Below are positions 1 to 7,603 of a stretch of 26,209 nucleotides of DNA, one piece after another (position 1 is the stretch's first letter; the number at the start of each line of letters is the position of its first letter). Position numbers and translations under genes: made by a program. The stretch lies in contig DATDXA010000010.1 of assembly GCA_035289485.1 (NCBI GenBank), positions 1 to 26,209 of the forward strand, written 5' to 3'. The DNA comes from an archaeon (GTDB taxonomy: Archaea > Iainarchaeota > Iainarchaeia > Iainarchaeales > Iainarchaeaceae). The notes beneath the pieces are model-generated. The model had not been told where the DNA came from, made no database searches, and saw only the letters and a list, made by a program, of their open reading frames with translations.

Positions 1-55
1 TTAGGGCGGAATATAGAAGGTGGGCTTAAAAGGAAAGCTAACCTAAAATCTATTC

Positions 56-124
56 GGGCGATGAAGAAGTTAACACCTAATGATTCCTCACGGAAAATGA
101 TTAGTTAACTCAACAGCTGAGCCC
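56..124 (+). ncRNA. Archaeal C/D box sRNA (2'-O-methylation guide)
   Basis: Terminal stem GGGC(56-59)/GCCC(121-124); C box ATGAAGA 61-67; D' ATGA 80-83; hairpin TTCC-TCAC-GGAA 84-95; C' ATGATTA 97-103; D box CTGA 117-120; 12-13 nt guides; TTAAAA about 25-30 nt upstream; T-run downstream. Confidence 0.8.
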
Positions 125-160
125 ACTTTTGAAATTTAAGTTTAAATGCGAGCGCAGCAT

Positions 161-781
161 TCAAATAGACTTTTCAAGCGCCTGCGCCAGATTCTCAACA
201 ACCGACTTGTCAATTTCCACGTTGCTTTTTATGAAAACGTTTATTTTCGAATTCGTGCCATCGACAAAAATTAGCCTGTAGAGCGAACCGTCATTCGTTG
301 GCTGCTCGAACAGGTAACTTTTTGTGCCGATGGTGTACTGTGCAGATGATTTGCGGAAAAGCTGCTGCTCATATTGTATCGCCTCATCATCAAGCACTTC
401 AACGGCTGTCTCTTTGTTTGGCTGCTCGAGCACATAATAGGTGACCTGGGAAACATTGCCATTTTTCAAAAAACAGTTCGTGGACTGGAATGTCTGGCCA
501 ACAGCTGGCGGACTCTTTACCAATGTATATTCAGTGCCTAACAAAGCAATCACATTCCTTGCAATAATTTCATCGTTGCACAGAATCGGGGATTTCACGA
601 CATTTGCCATCACGGGCGGCTCTGTTTGCTGCCCGGAGCCTATGGGAGGTGCAGGCTCGGCAATATTGTAGTTTACAAAGACATTTTCGTCTTTAGGGGA
701 CTGTTTCAAGGTGCACCCTGAAAGAAGCAAAATCGCTGCAATAGCGGCAATAATGAAATATGATTGTGTGTGATTTACCAT
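161..781 (-). CDS. Hypothetical lipoprotein
   Basis: Hydrophobic signal plus lipobox LLSGC; 206 aa. Confidence 0.8.
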   Translation of the reverse strand: MVNHTQSYFIIAAIAAILLLSGCTLKQSPKDENVFVNYNIAEPAPPIGSGQQTEPPVMANVVKSPILCNDEIIARNVIALLGTEYTLVKSPPAVGQTFQSTNCFLKNGNVSQVTYYVLEQPNKETAVEVLDDEAIQYEQQLFRKSSAQYTIGTKSYLFEQPTNDGSLYRLIFVDGTNSKINVFIKSNVEIDKSVVENLAQALEKSI

Positions 782-907
782 GCATTATTCTTATGCGAAA
801 ACCCGTTTATATTGATTGCGCAAAATGGAATTTCGGAAAAAATTCACCAGTTCAGATTAAAAAGGCAAAGAGCAATCCTTATTCTACTGCAGCAAGGTGC
901 TGGTAAA

Positions 908-1438
908 ATGCGGTTCAAATATCTCATCGGCGGAGTGCTAACAGAAATTTACAGGGCACTACGAATTTTTCCGAACTCCGACCCTATAATGGGGTTTATT
1001 CTCCCCGCTGCAAAAAACGAGCCGCTGTGGAAAGCCCCGCTGTTCGCTTTCACAACAATGTTTGCATTTGATATTTTTACAAGCGGAATCGGGACTTGGA
1101 CTTATGTAACGAGCACAATGTACGCTCTCATCGCCCTTGCGTTCACATTTTATTTCAGAAACAAAAAAGCGTCCATTGCAGGTTACATGAAAGCCGGCGC
1201 TGCGGGAGTTCTCGTGTTTGACTTCATCACAGGCCCGGTAATGAGCTCCGCACTCTTTGGGCAATCATTTGCACTTACGCTGCTTATGCAGATTCCCTTC
1301 ACCATAATGCACTTTGTTTCTGCTGCATTTGCAATTGTTCTCATAACTCCATTCCTTGATGTGCAAATCATGAAGGAAATGGCAGGATATATAAACGCGG
1401 CAAAATACGCACTGCTAAGCCGGAGGATACAAACATGA
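908..1438 (+). CDS. ECF transporter S-component-like membrane protein (DUF6580-like)
   Basis: About 5-6 hydrophobic segments, 'R..PNxxPI' N-terminal motif; start moved to ATG 908; overlaps the next gene (ATGA). Confidence 0.65.
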   Translation: MRFKYLIGGVLTEIYRALRIFPNSDPIMGFILPAAKNEPLWKAPLFAFTTMFAFDIFTSGIGTWTYVTSTMYALIALAFTFYFRNKKASIAGYMKAGAAGVLVFDFITGPVMSSALFGQSFALTLLMQIPFTIMHFVSAAFAIVLITPFLDVQIMKEMAGYINAAKYALLSRRIQT

Positions 1439-1827
1439 AAAAAATGGTGATTGCAATGGCAATGCTTGTGCTTTTGCTTGGATGCTCTTCGCAAATGCAG
1501 CAGGTGCAGCAGCCACAAATGCAGAATGTTGCTGTGGATATAAAGCTCGTCAACAGGGACTCTGAAACACTCTATGAAAAGCAGATAACAGTGCAGAAAG
1601 GCAAATCACTATTTGAAGCAATGATTGAGAATTCCGTTCCGTTCGAGTACAAGGAGTTTTCCTTTGGAGTGATGGTAACAAGCGTTGCGGGAGTATCTCC
1701 TGGCAGCGAGGAATACATCGCAATTTACAAAAATGGCAAATATGCAAGTGCGGGAGTTAAGGATTTTAAGCTTGATGAGGACATGAATGTTGAATTCAGG
1801 CTCGAGGAAATAAAGCCGCCGGCATAA
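1435..1827 (+). CDS. DUF4430 (transcobalamin C-terminal-like) lipoprotein
   Basis: Lipobox LLGC; 'FGVMVTSVAGV...YKNGKYASAGVKDFKL..D.NVEF' pattern typical of DUF4430. Confidence 0.75.
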   Translation: MKKMVIAMAMLVLLLGCSSQMQQVQQPQMQNVAVDIKLVNRDSETLYEKQITVQKGKSLFEAMIENSVPFEYKEFSFGVMVTSVAGVSPGSEEYIAIYKNGKYASAGVKDFKLDEDMNVEFRLEEIKPPA

Positions 1828-1900
1828 AGCGCAAAAGCGCCTTCTTCTAAAAGCCGGCCTTGCCAAAAACCATTAAAAATCCCGCCAGCCCCAATAAATA

Positions 1901-1965
1901 GTCCAATGATGATTCGAGATTTCTGAGCTGTGAAAAGGATGCTGAGACTGGTTCGAGCTGAGGAC
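1901..1965 (+). ncRNA. Archaeal C/D box sRNA; its 3' end is the integration site (attL)
   Basis: Stem GTCC(1901-1904)/GGAC(1962-1965); perfect C box ATGATGA 1906-1912; D' CTGA 1923-1926; degenerate C' within about 1930-1942; D CTGA 1958-1961; TTAAAAA promoter at 1873-1879. Confidence 0.8.
1950..1965 (+). repeat. attL core GGTTCGAGCTGAGGAC
   Basis: Identical to 10676-10691. Confidence 0.92.
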
Positions 1966-2022
1966 GACCTGATATACACAGTTTAGATTGTTCTTTTATA
2001 TGCCAAAAGAGGCAATCTGAAC

Positions 2023-3252
2023 ATGAAAAACGATGCACACTACACCCAAAAACTCAGGGAAAAAGTGCAACAATCCAGCTGGCCCACAGAAAAAAAGAAC
2101 GCCTTTTTGGACTACCAAAACTACTTGGAAGCCACAGGCAAAAGCGCGCGCACCAAAACCCTCTACTCCCTACACGTCCACCGTCTGGGAGAGTTCGCCC
2201 CAAAAAAACAATTCGCAAATTACACCGACAAGGACATCATGGCATACAAAACCAAGCTATCCGAGAAATACGCGCCCAAAAGCGTGCATTGCGAAATGCT
2301 CGACCTCATAACCTTCCTCAAATGGCACATGAAGCTCGAGGGAAAACCCGAATGCATGAAATGGTACGATGTCAGCGAGCAAAACAAAAAGGTTGTGAAA
2401 AAACTGAACCCCAAGGACGTTTTAACGCCCGAAGACATTCTCGCGCTCGTTTCCTCATGTGGAAGCAAACGAAACAAAGCCATTGTATTCTGTTTATGGG
2501 AATCGGGCTGCCGGATACAGGAATTCTTAGATGTCCTCGTGGATGACCTGCAAATAAGCGAAAAGGTTGTTTCCGTTTGGATTCGCAAAGGAAAAACCCG
2601 CGAAGCTGAAAGGCAGGTATTTTTGATTCAATCCGCGCCCGCATTAATGGACTGGCTCGCCGAACATGAATTTAGAAAAAACAAAAACGCAAAACTATTT
2701 TTTTCCATGGGCAACAAACAACCCGGAGGCATACTGCACCACTCAGTAGCTTCCAGTATTCTTTCAAGAGCCGCAAAAAAAGCCAAAATCCAAAAGCCCG
2801 TGAATCCGCACGCACTGAGAAAATCAAGAGCCACTTTCATGGCACAAAAAGGTTACGGTGACCAAATGATGCGGCAAATGTTCGGATGGAGCGCAAACAG
2901 CCCCATGCCAAGCTTCTACTCCTCGCTATCAGGCGATGCCGTGAAAATGGCGCTCATGCAGGATGCGGGAATAATCAAGAAAGAGGAAACGGGGCAGGAG
3001 CTTGCGCCCATACCATGCCCATACTGCAAAACAACAAACAGCGCCGATGCGGCAATATGCAAGAACCTTGTTTGCTCAAGACCCTTGACAATGGAAGGAA
3101 TCACTCAAGACCGCGAGCAAAAAGCCGAAGCAATGCGCCAAATGATGCACGGCGAAATCACCGAAGCGATAGCCGCATACTTGCGCCCATTAGGGGTTAA
3201 AGCACTCGCCGAAATGACTAAAAACCAGAAAAGACTTACTAAGGAGGGATAA
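2023..3252 (+). CDS. int: Tyrosine recombinase/integrase with C-terminal Zn ribbon
   Basis: GCRIQE (R), KGKT (K), HALR (HxxR), FGW, MPSFY (Y); CPYC...CKNLVC. Confidence 0.95.
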   Translation: MKNDAHYTQKLREKVQQSSWPTEKKNAFLDYQNYLEATGKSARTKTLYSLHVHRLGEFAPKKQFANYTDKDIMAYKTKLSEKYAPKSVHCEMLDLITFLKWHMKLEGKPECMKWYDVSEQNKKVVKKLNPKDVLTPEDILALVSSCGSKRNKAIVFCLWESGCRIQEFLDVLVDDLQISEKVVSVWIRKGKTREAERQVFLIQSAPALMDWLAEHEFRKNKNAKLFFSMGNKQPGGILHHSVASSILSRAAKKAKIQKPVNPHALRKSRATFMAQKGYGDQMMRQMFGWSANSPMPSFYSSLSGDAVKMALMQDAGIIKKEETGQELAPIPCPYCKTTNSADAAICKNLVCSRPLTMEGITQDREQKAEAMRQMMHGEITEAIAAYLRPLGVKALAEMTKNQKRLTKEG

Positions 3253-3254
3253 AT

Positions 3255-3683
3255 GTGGCTAAAGAACGATATAAAATACTCGAATCGGTAGAGTGTTTCG
3301 GAATTTACAAATTAATTCTTTATTCAAAAGGTCTTACATACGATGAAGTTTCAGTAAAAACGGGAAAATCAATTCCTGTCATAAGCCAGCAATTAACTCC
3401 ATTAAGAAATGAAGCACTTGTCAAAAATATAACGGGCACAGGAGTGCGGGGTATTCCTGCACGGGTAATCGCATCTCAAATCGGGGCGCAGACATTTTTG
3501 AAAAAGCACGGCTTTAAAGTTACCAATGTGTATAAATTCTATCAGACCAACGAAAACATATTGGAAAGGGCTAGGACGTTTGGCGAGTTTTTTTCTTTAC
3601 TTAAAACGGATAAAGATGCCATTCCAAAAATTTTAACTTTTGATGATAGACTCGGAATGCAAAAAACACAGGGAAAAAATTAA
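3255..3683 (+). CDS. Winged-helix DNA-binding protein (putative repressor)
   Basis: GGAGG before GTG; 'LTYDEVSVKTGKSIPVISQQLTPLRNEALV' HTH pattern. Confidence 0.7.
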   Translation: MAKERYKILESVECFGIYKLILYSKGLTYDEVSVKTGKSIPVISQQLTPLRNEALVKNITGTGVRGIPARVIASQIGAQTFLKKHGFKVTNVYKFYQTNENILERARTFGEFFSLLKTDKDAIPKILTFDDRLGMQKTQGKN

Positions 3684-3730
3684 CTTTGCACGATGCAAAG
3701 GTTTTTAAACTTATAACCCCTTTAATTTGC

Positions 3731-3889
3731 ATGATGCAAAAGAAACTAAAAGCAATTTTCACACGAGTATCAGAGTCGGATTACCGTCGGCTCGAAACTT
3801 TTGAAAAATCCCACGGTTTTCCATCAACCCACTCAGCCGCACGATTTTTGTTATTTCGCGGTTTGGAAGCAGAAGAGGGGAAAACGTGA
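3731..3889 (+). CDS. Ribbon-helix-helix (CopG-like) protein
   Basis: 'KAIFTRVSESDYRRLE...STHSAARFLLFRGL'; TTTTAAA/TTATAA box just upstream of ATG 3731. Confidence 0.7.
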   Translation: MMQKKLKAIFTRVSESDYRRLETFEKSHGFPSTHSAARFLLFRGLEAEEGKT

Positions 3890-3981
3890 CTTTTTCTTCT
3901 TTCCTTTCCGATTTCGCCCGCGAGCAAGGCGTGAGCGTTGAGCAGGCGCGGGATGCAATAATTGGGGGTCTTTTGAAATGA
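3886..3981 (+). CDS. 31-aa micro-protein (MTFSSFLSDFAREQGVSVEQARDAIIGGLLK), absent from the ORF track
   Basis: GTGA overlap with the upstream stop and ATGA overlap with the downstream start; fills the gap exactly. Confidence 0.6.
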   Translation: MTFSSFLSDFAREQGVSVEQARDAIIGGLLK

Positions 3982-4277
3982 AAAATAGCTCCCCCACAAC
4001 CTTGCGAGAAGCAGGGGCACTAACTGATTCTTCTCACCCAGAATATAAGAAATCAGCCGTGCGGCACACTTGCCCCGTTTGTAACACCCCCAACGGCGCG
4101 AAAATGTATAAACTCCGAGCCTCCGGCAACCGCGTAACATGGCTTCACGCCTATTGTATCACCAAGCTTTCAGGGATGCCATCAGCTCTCCAATGGTGCG
4201 AAAAAAATCTTCCATTTAATCTTTCGGCGGTTTCACCCCATCAAGCCGCCGCCCCAAACAAGGAGGCGCGACCATGA
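3978..4277 (+). CDS. Small putative Zn-finger protein
   Basis: CPVC...HAYC; coupled to the rep gene (ATGA). Confidence 0.6.
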   Translation: MKNSSPTTLREAGALTDSSHPEYKKSAVRHTCPVCNTPNGAKMYKLRASGNRVTWLHAYCITKLSGMPSALQWCEKNLPFNLSAVSPHQAAAPNKEARP

Positions 4278-5782
4278 AGCGAGAAAAGCGCGAATCAGGG
4301 CCGCCAACCGAGCAGGTCGCGGCGCTCTACAATTCCGAGGGTCAGCTCCTCTACGAAACCGTGTATGACGGGGAGAAAAGTTTTTTCGTTACGCTCGTGC
4401 AGGGAAAGCCCCGGTATTTGGCTGATGTGTCAATCGGTGATGTGATTTATCAGCCCGCGCTTCAAGAGGCGTTAAAAAAAGGCGCGATTATTCTCCCAAA
4501 AGCGGCGAAGCCATACGAATCCGTGAACATTCTGCTCGATAAGGTGCAAGCCTTTATTCAGAAATACCTTGACGTTTCCCCGGACTATGAAGTGTTTGCC
4601 GCGCACTACATACTTCTATCATGGGTTTATGACCGCCTTAACACAATTCCATATCTGCGCTTCCTCGGCGACTTCTCAACAGGAAAGAGCCGCGCCCTAA
4701 ACGTGGTCGGAGGCCTATGCTACAAACCTATTCGCATGGCCGGAACAGTAACCGCCGCACCAATCTACCGCCTGCAAGGATTCTGGAAAGGAACCCTCGT
4801 AATTGACGAAGGCGACAGAAAAAAAAGCGATGAAGCTGACGAAATAACAAAAATCCTTAACTGTGGTTTTGAGATAAACAACCCCGTCCTTCGCTGTGAT
4901 GTCAATAACCCAAACGATGTCGAAGCGCATGATGTGTTCGGCCCGAAGGTGTTGGGTTCACGCCAGCCATTCTACGACCAAGCTCTTGAATCGCGGTGCT
5001 TAACCGAAGTGATGCGCGAAACTTCCCGCGATGACATTCCGACAATACTTCCACCCGCATTTTACGAGGAGCAAGAAGATTTACGCGAGCAATTGCTTTA
5101 TTTCCGCCTTACTGAGCGCGACCAAATAGACCTCGACCTTGTTTCCAGTGTGGACTTCGGCCAGCTCATTGAACGGAGATTAAGGCAGGCTTTCTCCGGG
5201 TTCTCAATCTTGTTGGCAAATAAGCCCGAACTCCTTCAAAAATTCAAAATTTTTGTTTATGAATATCAGCGCGGTTTAATCGAACAGAGAGAAGCCAGCG
5301 TTGATGGGGCAATTATAGCATATCTTTTCGAGCGCCGCGATGAAATAGATAAGGAAGTTCAATCTACAATTTCCAGCGCGGATATTTTGGAATCTCTTAA
5401 AGGCAGAGCCGGGTTTTCTGAATTAACCCCAGCGGGGGTGGGAAGGAAGTTGAGGGCGCTTGGAATTGCCACGAAAAACGTAAAAGTTGACGGGAAGGTT
5501 CGCCGGGGGATTATTTGGAAGCGCTCGGATATGGAGCAATTGTTTCGTAAATATATTTCGGAATCATGGATGCCCTCCGCTACTACTGCTACAACCGCTA
5601 CTACTGCTACTGAAAATCGCCAAAAAGTAGCGGAGGTAGCGAAGGTAGCGGTAGTAGCGGGGAGTGCGCCTATCCTCAATTGCGTTAAATGTGGCGCTGA
5701 ATTGCAGAACGGCGAGTTCCTTGTTCGGGATGAAAGGCCTTATTGTCCGGGGTGCGCTCCGCAGGTCGGTGGTTCTCCATGA
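4274..5782 (+). CDS. Putative replication protein: P-loop ATPase/helicase (DUF3631-like) with wHTH and C-terminal Zn finger
   Basis: Walker A GDFSTGKS, Walker B LVIDEGD, 'ILNCG', 'ALESRC' Arg finger, 'VGRKLRALGI' wHTH, CVKC...CPGC; GGAGG RBS. Confidence 0.8.
   Translation: MKREKRESGPPTEQVAALYNSEGQLLYETVYDGEKSFFVTLVQGKPRYLADVSIGDVIYQPALQEALKKGAIILPKAAKPYESVNILLDKVQAFIQKYLDVSPDYEVFAAHYILLSWVYDRLNTIPYLRFLGDFSTGKSRALNVVGGLCYKPIRMAGTVTAAPIYRLQGFWKGTLVIDEGDRKKSDEADEITKILNCGFEINNPVLRCDVNNPNDVEAHDVFGPKVLGSRQPFYDQALESRCLTEVMRETSRDDIPTILPPAFYEEQEDLREQLLYFRLTERDQIDLDLVSSVDFGQLIERRLRQAFSGFSILLANKPELLQKFKIFVYEYQRGLIEQREASVDGAIIAYLFERRDEIDKEVQSTISSADILESLKGRAGFSELTPAGVGRKLRALGIATKNVKVDGKVRRGIIWKRSDMEQLFRKYISESWMPSATTATTATTATENRQKVAEVAKVAVVAGSAPILNCVKCGAELQNGEFLVRDERPYCPGCAPQVGGSP
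5579..5658. repeat. Inverted pentamer array (candidate origin of replication)
   Basis: GCTAC at 5579, 5588, 5597, 5606 and GTAGC at 5627, 5636, 5645, 5654 (9-bp period) around a 16-bp A-rich spacer. Confidence 0.85.
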
Positions 5783-5952
5783 CCTCCGAGGTTACCGTTT
5801 CGGTTCGGCTTGGGCCTGTGGCTTTTGAAAATTTAGCCGCGCTTTGCTATCTTTTGGATTTGTCGCCCGAAGACGCTTTGGAACAGGCGTTAAGCAGAGC
5901 CACCGCAGATTTAGGAGAACCTTTATCTAAAAAGGAAAGGGGGCGGTTGTGA
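5779..5952 (+). CDS. Small RHH-like protein
   Basis: ATG overlaps the rep stop; 'VTVSVRL...FENLAALC......SPEDALEQAL'. Confidence 0.6.
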   Translation: MTSEVTVSVRLGPVAFENLAALCYLLDLSPEDALEQALSRATADLGEPLSKKERGRL

Positions 5953-6093
5953 ATGCCTGAAGTGTCCGAGATTGTGATTAATGCGGTGTTTACAGGCGCG
6001 GGAACTGCGGTGGGCGCTTTTCTTGGAACGCGGCTTGTGGTTCACAAGCTGGAGGGTTTGCTTGAGCGGCTCAAAAACGGGGTGAAACCTTGA
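5953..6093 (+). CDS. 46-aa single-pass membrane peptide, absent from the ORF track
   Basis: MPEVSEIVINAVFTGAGTAVGAFLGTRLVVHKLEGLLERLKNGVKP; abuts the upstream stop and overlaps the downstream TTG. Confidence 0.7.
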   Translation: MPEVSEIVINAVFTGAGTAVGAFLGTRLVVHKLEGLLERLKNGVKP

Positions 6094-6398
6094 AACGGCT
6101 TAAAAATTTTAGATTGCCTGATGATATTTGCAGTATTGTTGAGGCGCAGCCGAATCAGGCGGAATTCGTGGAAAAGGCGATTCGACTATATCACAGCACC
6201 GATGCTTTACATTCTGCACCAGCTTTACACGAAAAAAGCGAGGCAGGGGTGCAAAAAACGCATAGCTTTACACAAGTGGGCGAGCGTTTAAGCTCTGTCA
6301 GCGAGGCAATTCCGCAACCTGCACGCCCTTCCGCGTGGTGGACGGTAGAGCTGCGCCCCGGTCTTGTTAAACTATATTTCAGCGAGGTGAACCGATGA
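6090..6398 (+). CDS. RHH-like DNA-binding protein
   Basis: GGTGA RBS; 'KNFRLPDDICSIVEAQPNQAEFVEKAIR'. Confidence 0.65.
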   Translation: MKRLKNFRLPDDICSIVEAQPNQAEFVEKAIRLYHSTDALHSAPALHEKSEAGVQKTHSFTQVGERLSSVSEAIPQPARPSAWWTVELRPGLVKLYFSEVNR

Positions 6399-6658
6399 CC
6401 TCTCGGCAGGAAGCGCATGCAAAAAAGCTTGACAAGTTTTTGACAGCGGTTACTGATGCTGGTATTCGGTTAAAGCTTTCGAGGCAGAATGTTTTTTGGG
6501 CATTGTCAATTTACCTTCTTCGATTGCCTTCGGAACCGTTATTGGATGACGAACTGGGCGAAGGGGAGTATGACGATGACATTCTCGAAGGCGAGGACGA
6601 ATCGCTCGCGCCTGTCAAAGGGCCGCAAGAACCAAAACACTATCCGGGGGTGGCGTGA
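6395..6658 (+). CDS. Hypothetical protein with acidic C-terminus
   Basis: GAGGTGA RBS, ATGA coupling. Confidence 0.65.
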   Translation: MTSRQEAHAKKLDKFLTAVTDAGIRLKLSRQNVFWALSIYLLRLPSEPLLDDELGEGEYDDDILEGEDESLAPVKGPQEPKHYPGVA

Positions 6659-6737
6659 TGCTTTCCACACACAGGGGTAGGGCGCATAAAATTATGATAT
6701 ATGTATTGTTCGGAAAACTGGGCAGGAGGTGCTGGTT

Positions 6738-7169
6738 ATGAAAGGCAACGAAGAACAGTATGAGGACGAGGAGGAACCAGAGGAGGAGCCAACGTATGTG
6801 CTTTATTCGCAAAGGGTGGACATAGCGAATGATGCTCCGAGCTTCGGTTCGGAGAAGGAAGCGTTTGCGTTCAGGGAGAATGTCGAGCGTACGACAGGCA
6901 ACGAGTATGTGGTCGTTCAGCTAAACCCGAATGAGTTCCGGGTGGGTGAACTATCCTGTGGCTTAACAGGCCGTGCGCTCATACCACTAGCACTTGGGGA
7001 CAATCCAAAGTATTATGCCTTCCATGATGAGGAGCTGGCAGAGCAGGCGGCAAGGATGCTTAAAGCATGGTCGCCTTACGCGCAGGTCTTTGTAAAGAGC
7101 GCGCGACCTGAAGAGTTTGGTGTTAGGTCGGAGGATTGCCTGTGGGATGTTTTGCCGGGAAAAGGATAA
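6738..7169 (+). CDS. Acidic hypothetical protein
   Basis: GGAGGTG RBS before ATG 6738; Glu-rich. Confidence 0.7.
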   Translation: MKGNEEQYEDEEEPEEEPTYVLYSQRVDIANDAPSFGSEKEAFAFRENVERTTGNEYVVVQLNPNEFRVGELSCGLTGRALIPLALGDNPKYYAFHDEELAEQAARMLKAWSPYAQVFVKSARPEEFGVRSEDCLWDVLPGKG

Positions 7170-7251
7170 GATGCCCCCACTCTATCATGGAGGGGGATGG
7201 GATTTCGGGCTTTTTCTTTCCAAATCTGGAAACCGTTCAAGGTGATATACA

Positions 7252-7467
7252 ATGGCAGTAAGGAAAAAGAGGTTTGGCAGGGCGCTTATGATTCGCATGA
7301 ATGAGAATCTTTGGCGGCAGCTGGATACTGAATGTGGCTCTGGTTCTTTGACTAAAGCTAGGTGGGTTCGCACAGCCATACGCCATTGCCTGCATTGTGA
7401 ACAGGCAAAGCTCGAGCTGAGTCAGCAGGTTTATTCGAGGGTTATGAAATGGTCTGAACCACGCTAA
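7252..7467 (+). CDS. RHH-like protein
   Basis: AGGTGA RBS; 'LMIRMNENLWRQLD......TKARWVRTAI'. Confidence 0.7.
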   Translation: MAVRKKRFGRALMIRMNENLWRQLDTECGSGSLTKARWVRTAIRHCLHCEQAKLELSQQVYSRVMKWSEPR

Positions 7468-7603
7468 TGATTAAATAATTAGTATGAGGTTTTTGTTCGT
7501 TTGCCCCTGTCGTTGGCAAAAGACTTTTTCCGATATACCGCTTAAAATTCTCTGCGAGCTATGCTGAAAACAATTGGATTGTTGTTATTAATAGAATTAG
7601 GAT

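Noticed and set aside
782..907. Cobalamin riboswitch upstream of the ECF-S/DUF4430 pair
   Set aside because: Short AT-rich divergent promoter region with no B12-box motif
1901..1975. tRNA gene at the att site (GGTTCGA)
   Set aside because: No cloverleaf, T-stem closure or acceptor stem; C/D boxes and the terminal stem explain the sequence better
2023..3252. SSV1/pTN3-type split integrase
   Set aside because: The att core lies upstream of an intact ORF and no integrase fragment is seen at attR
5579..5658. CRISPR array or simple protein repeat
   Set aside because: 9-bp units with no spacers; the inverted DNA symmetry points to a DNA-level site
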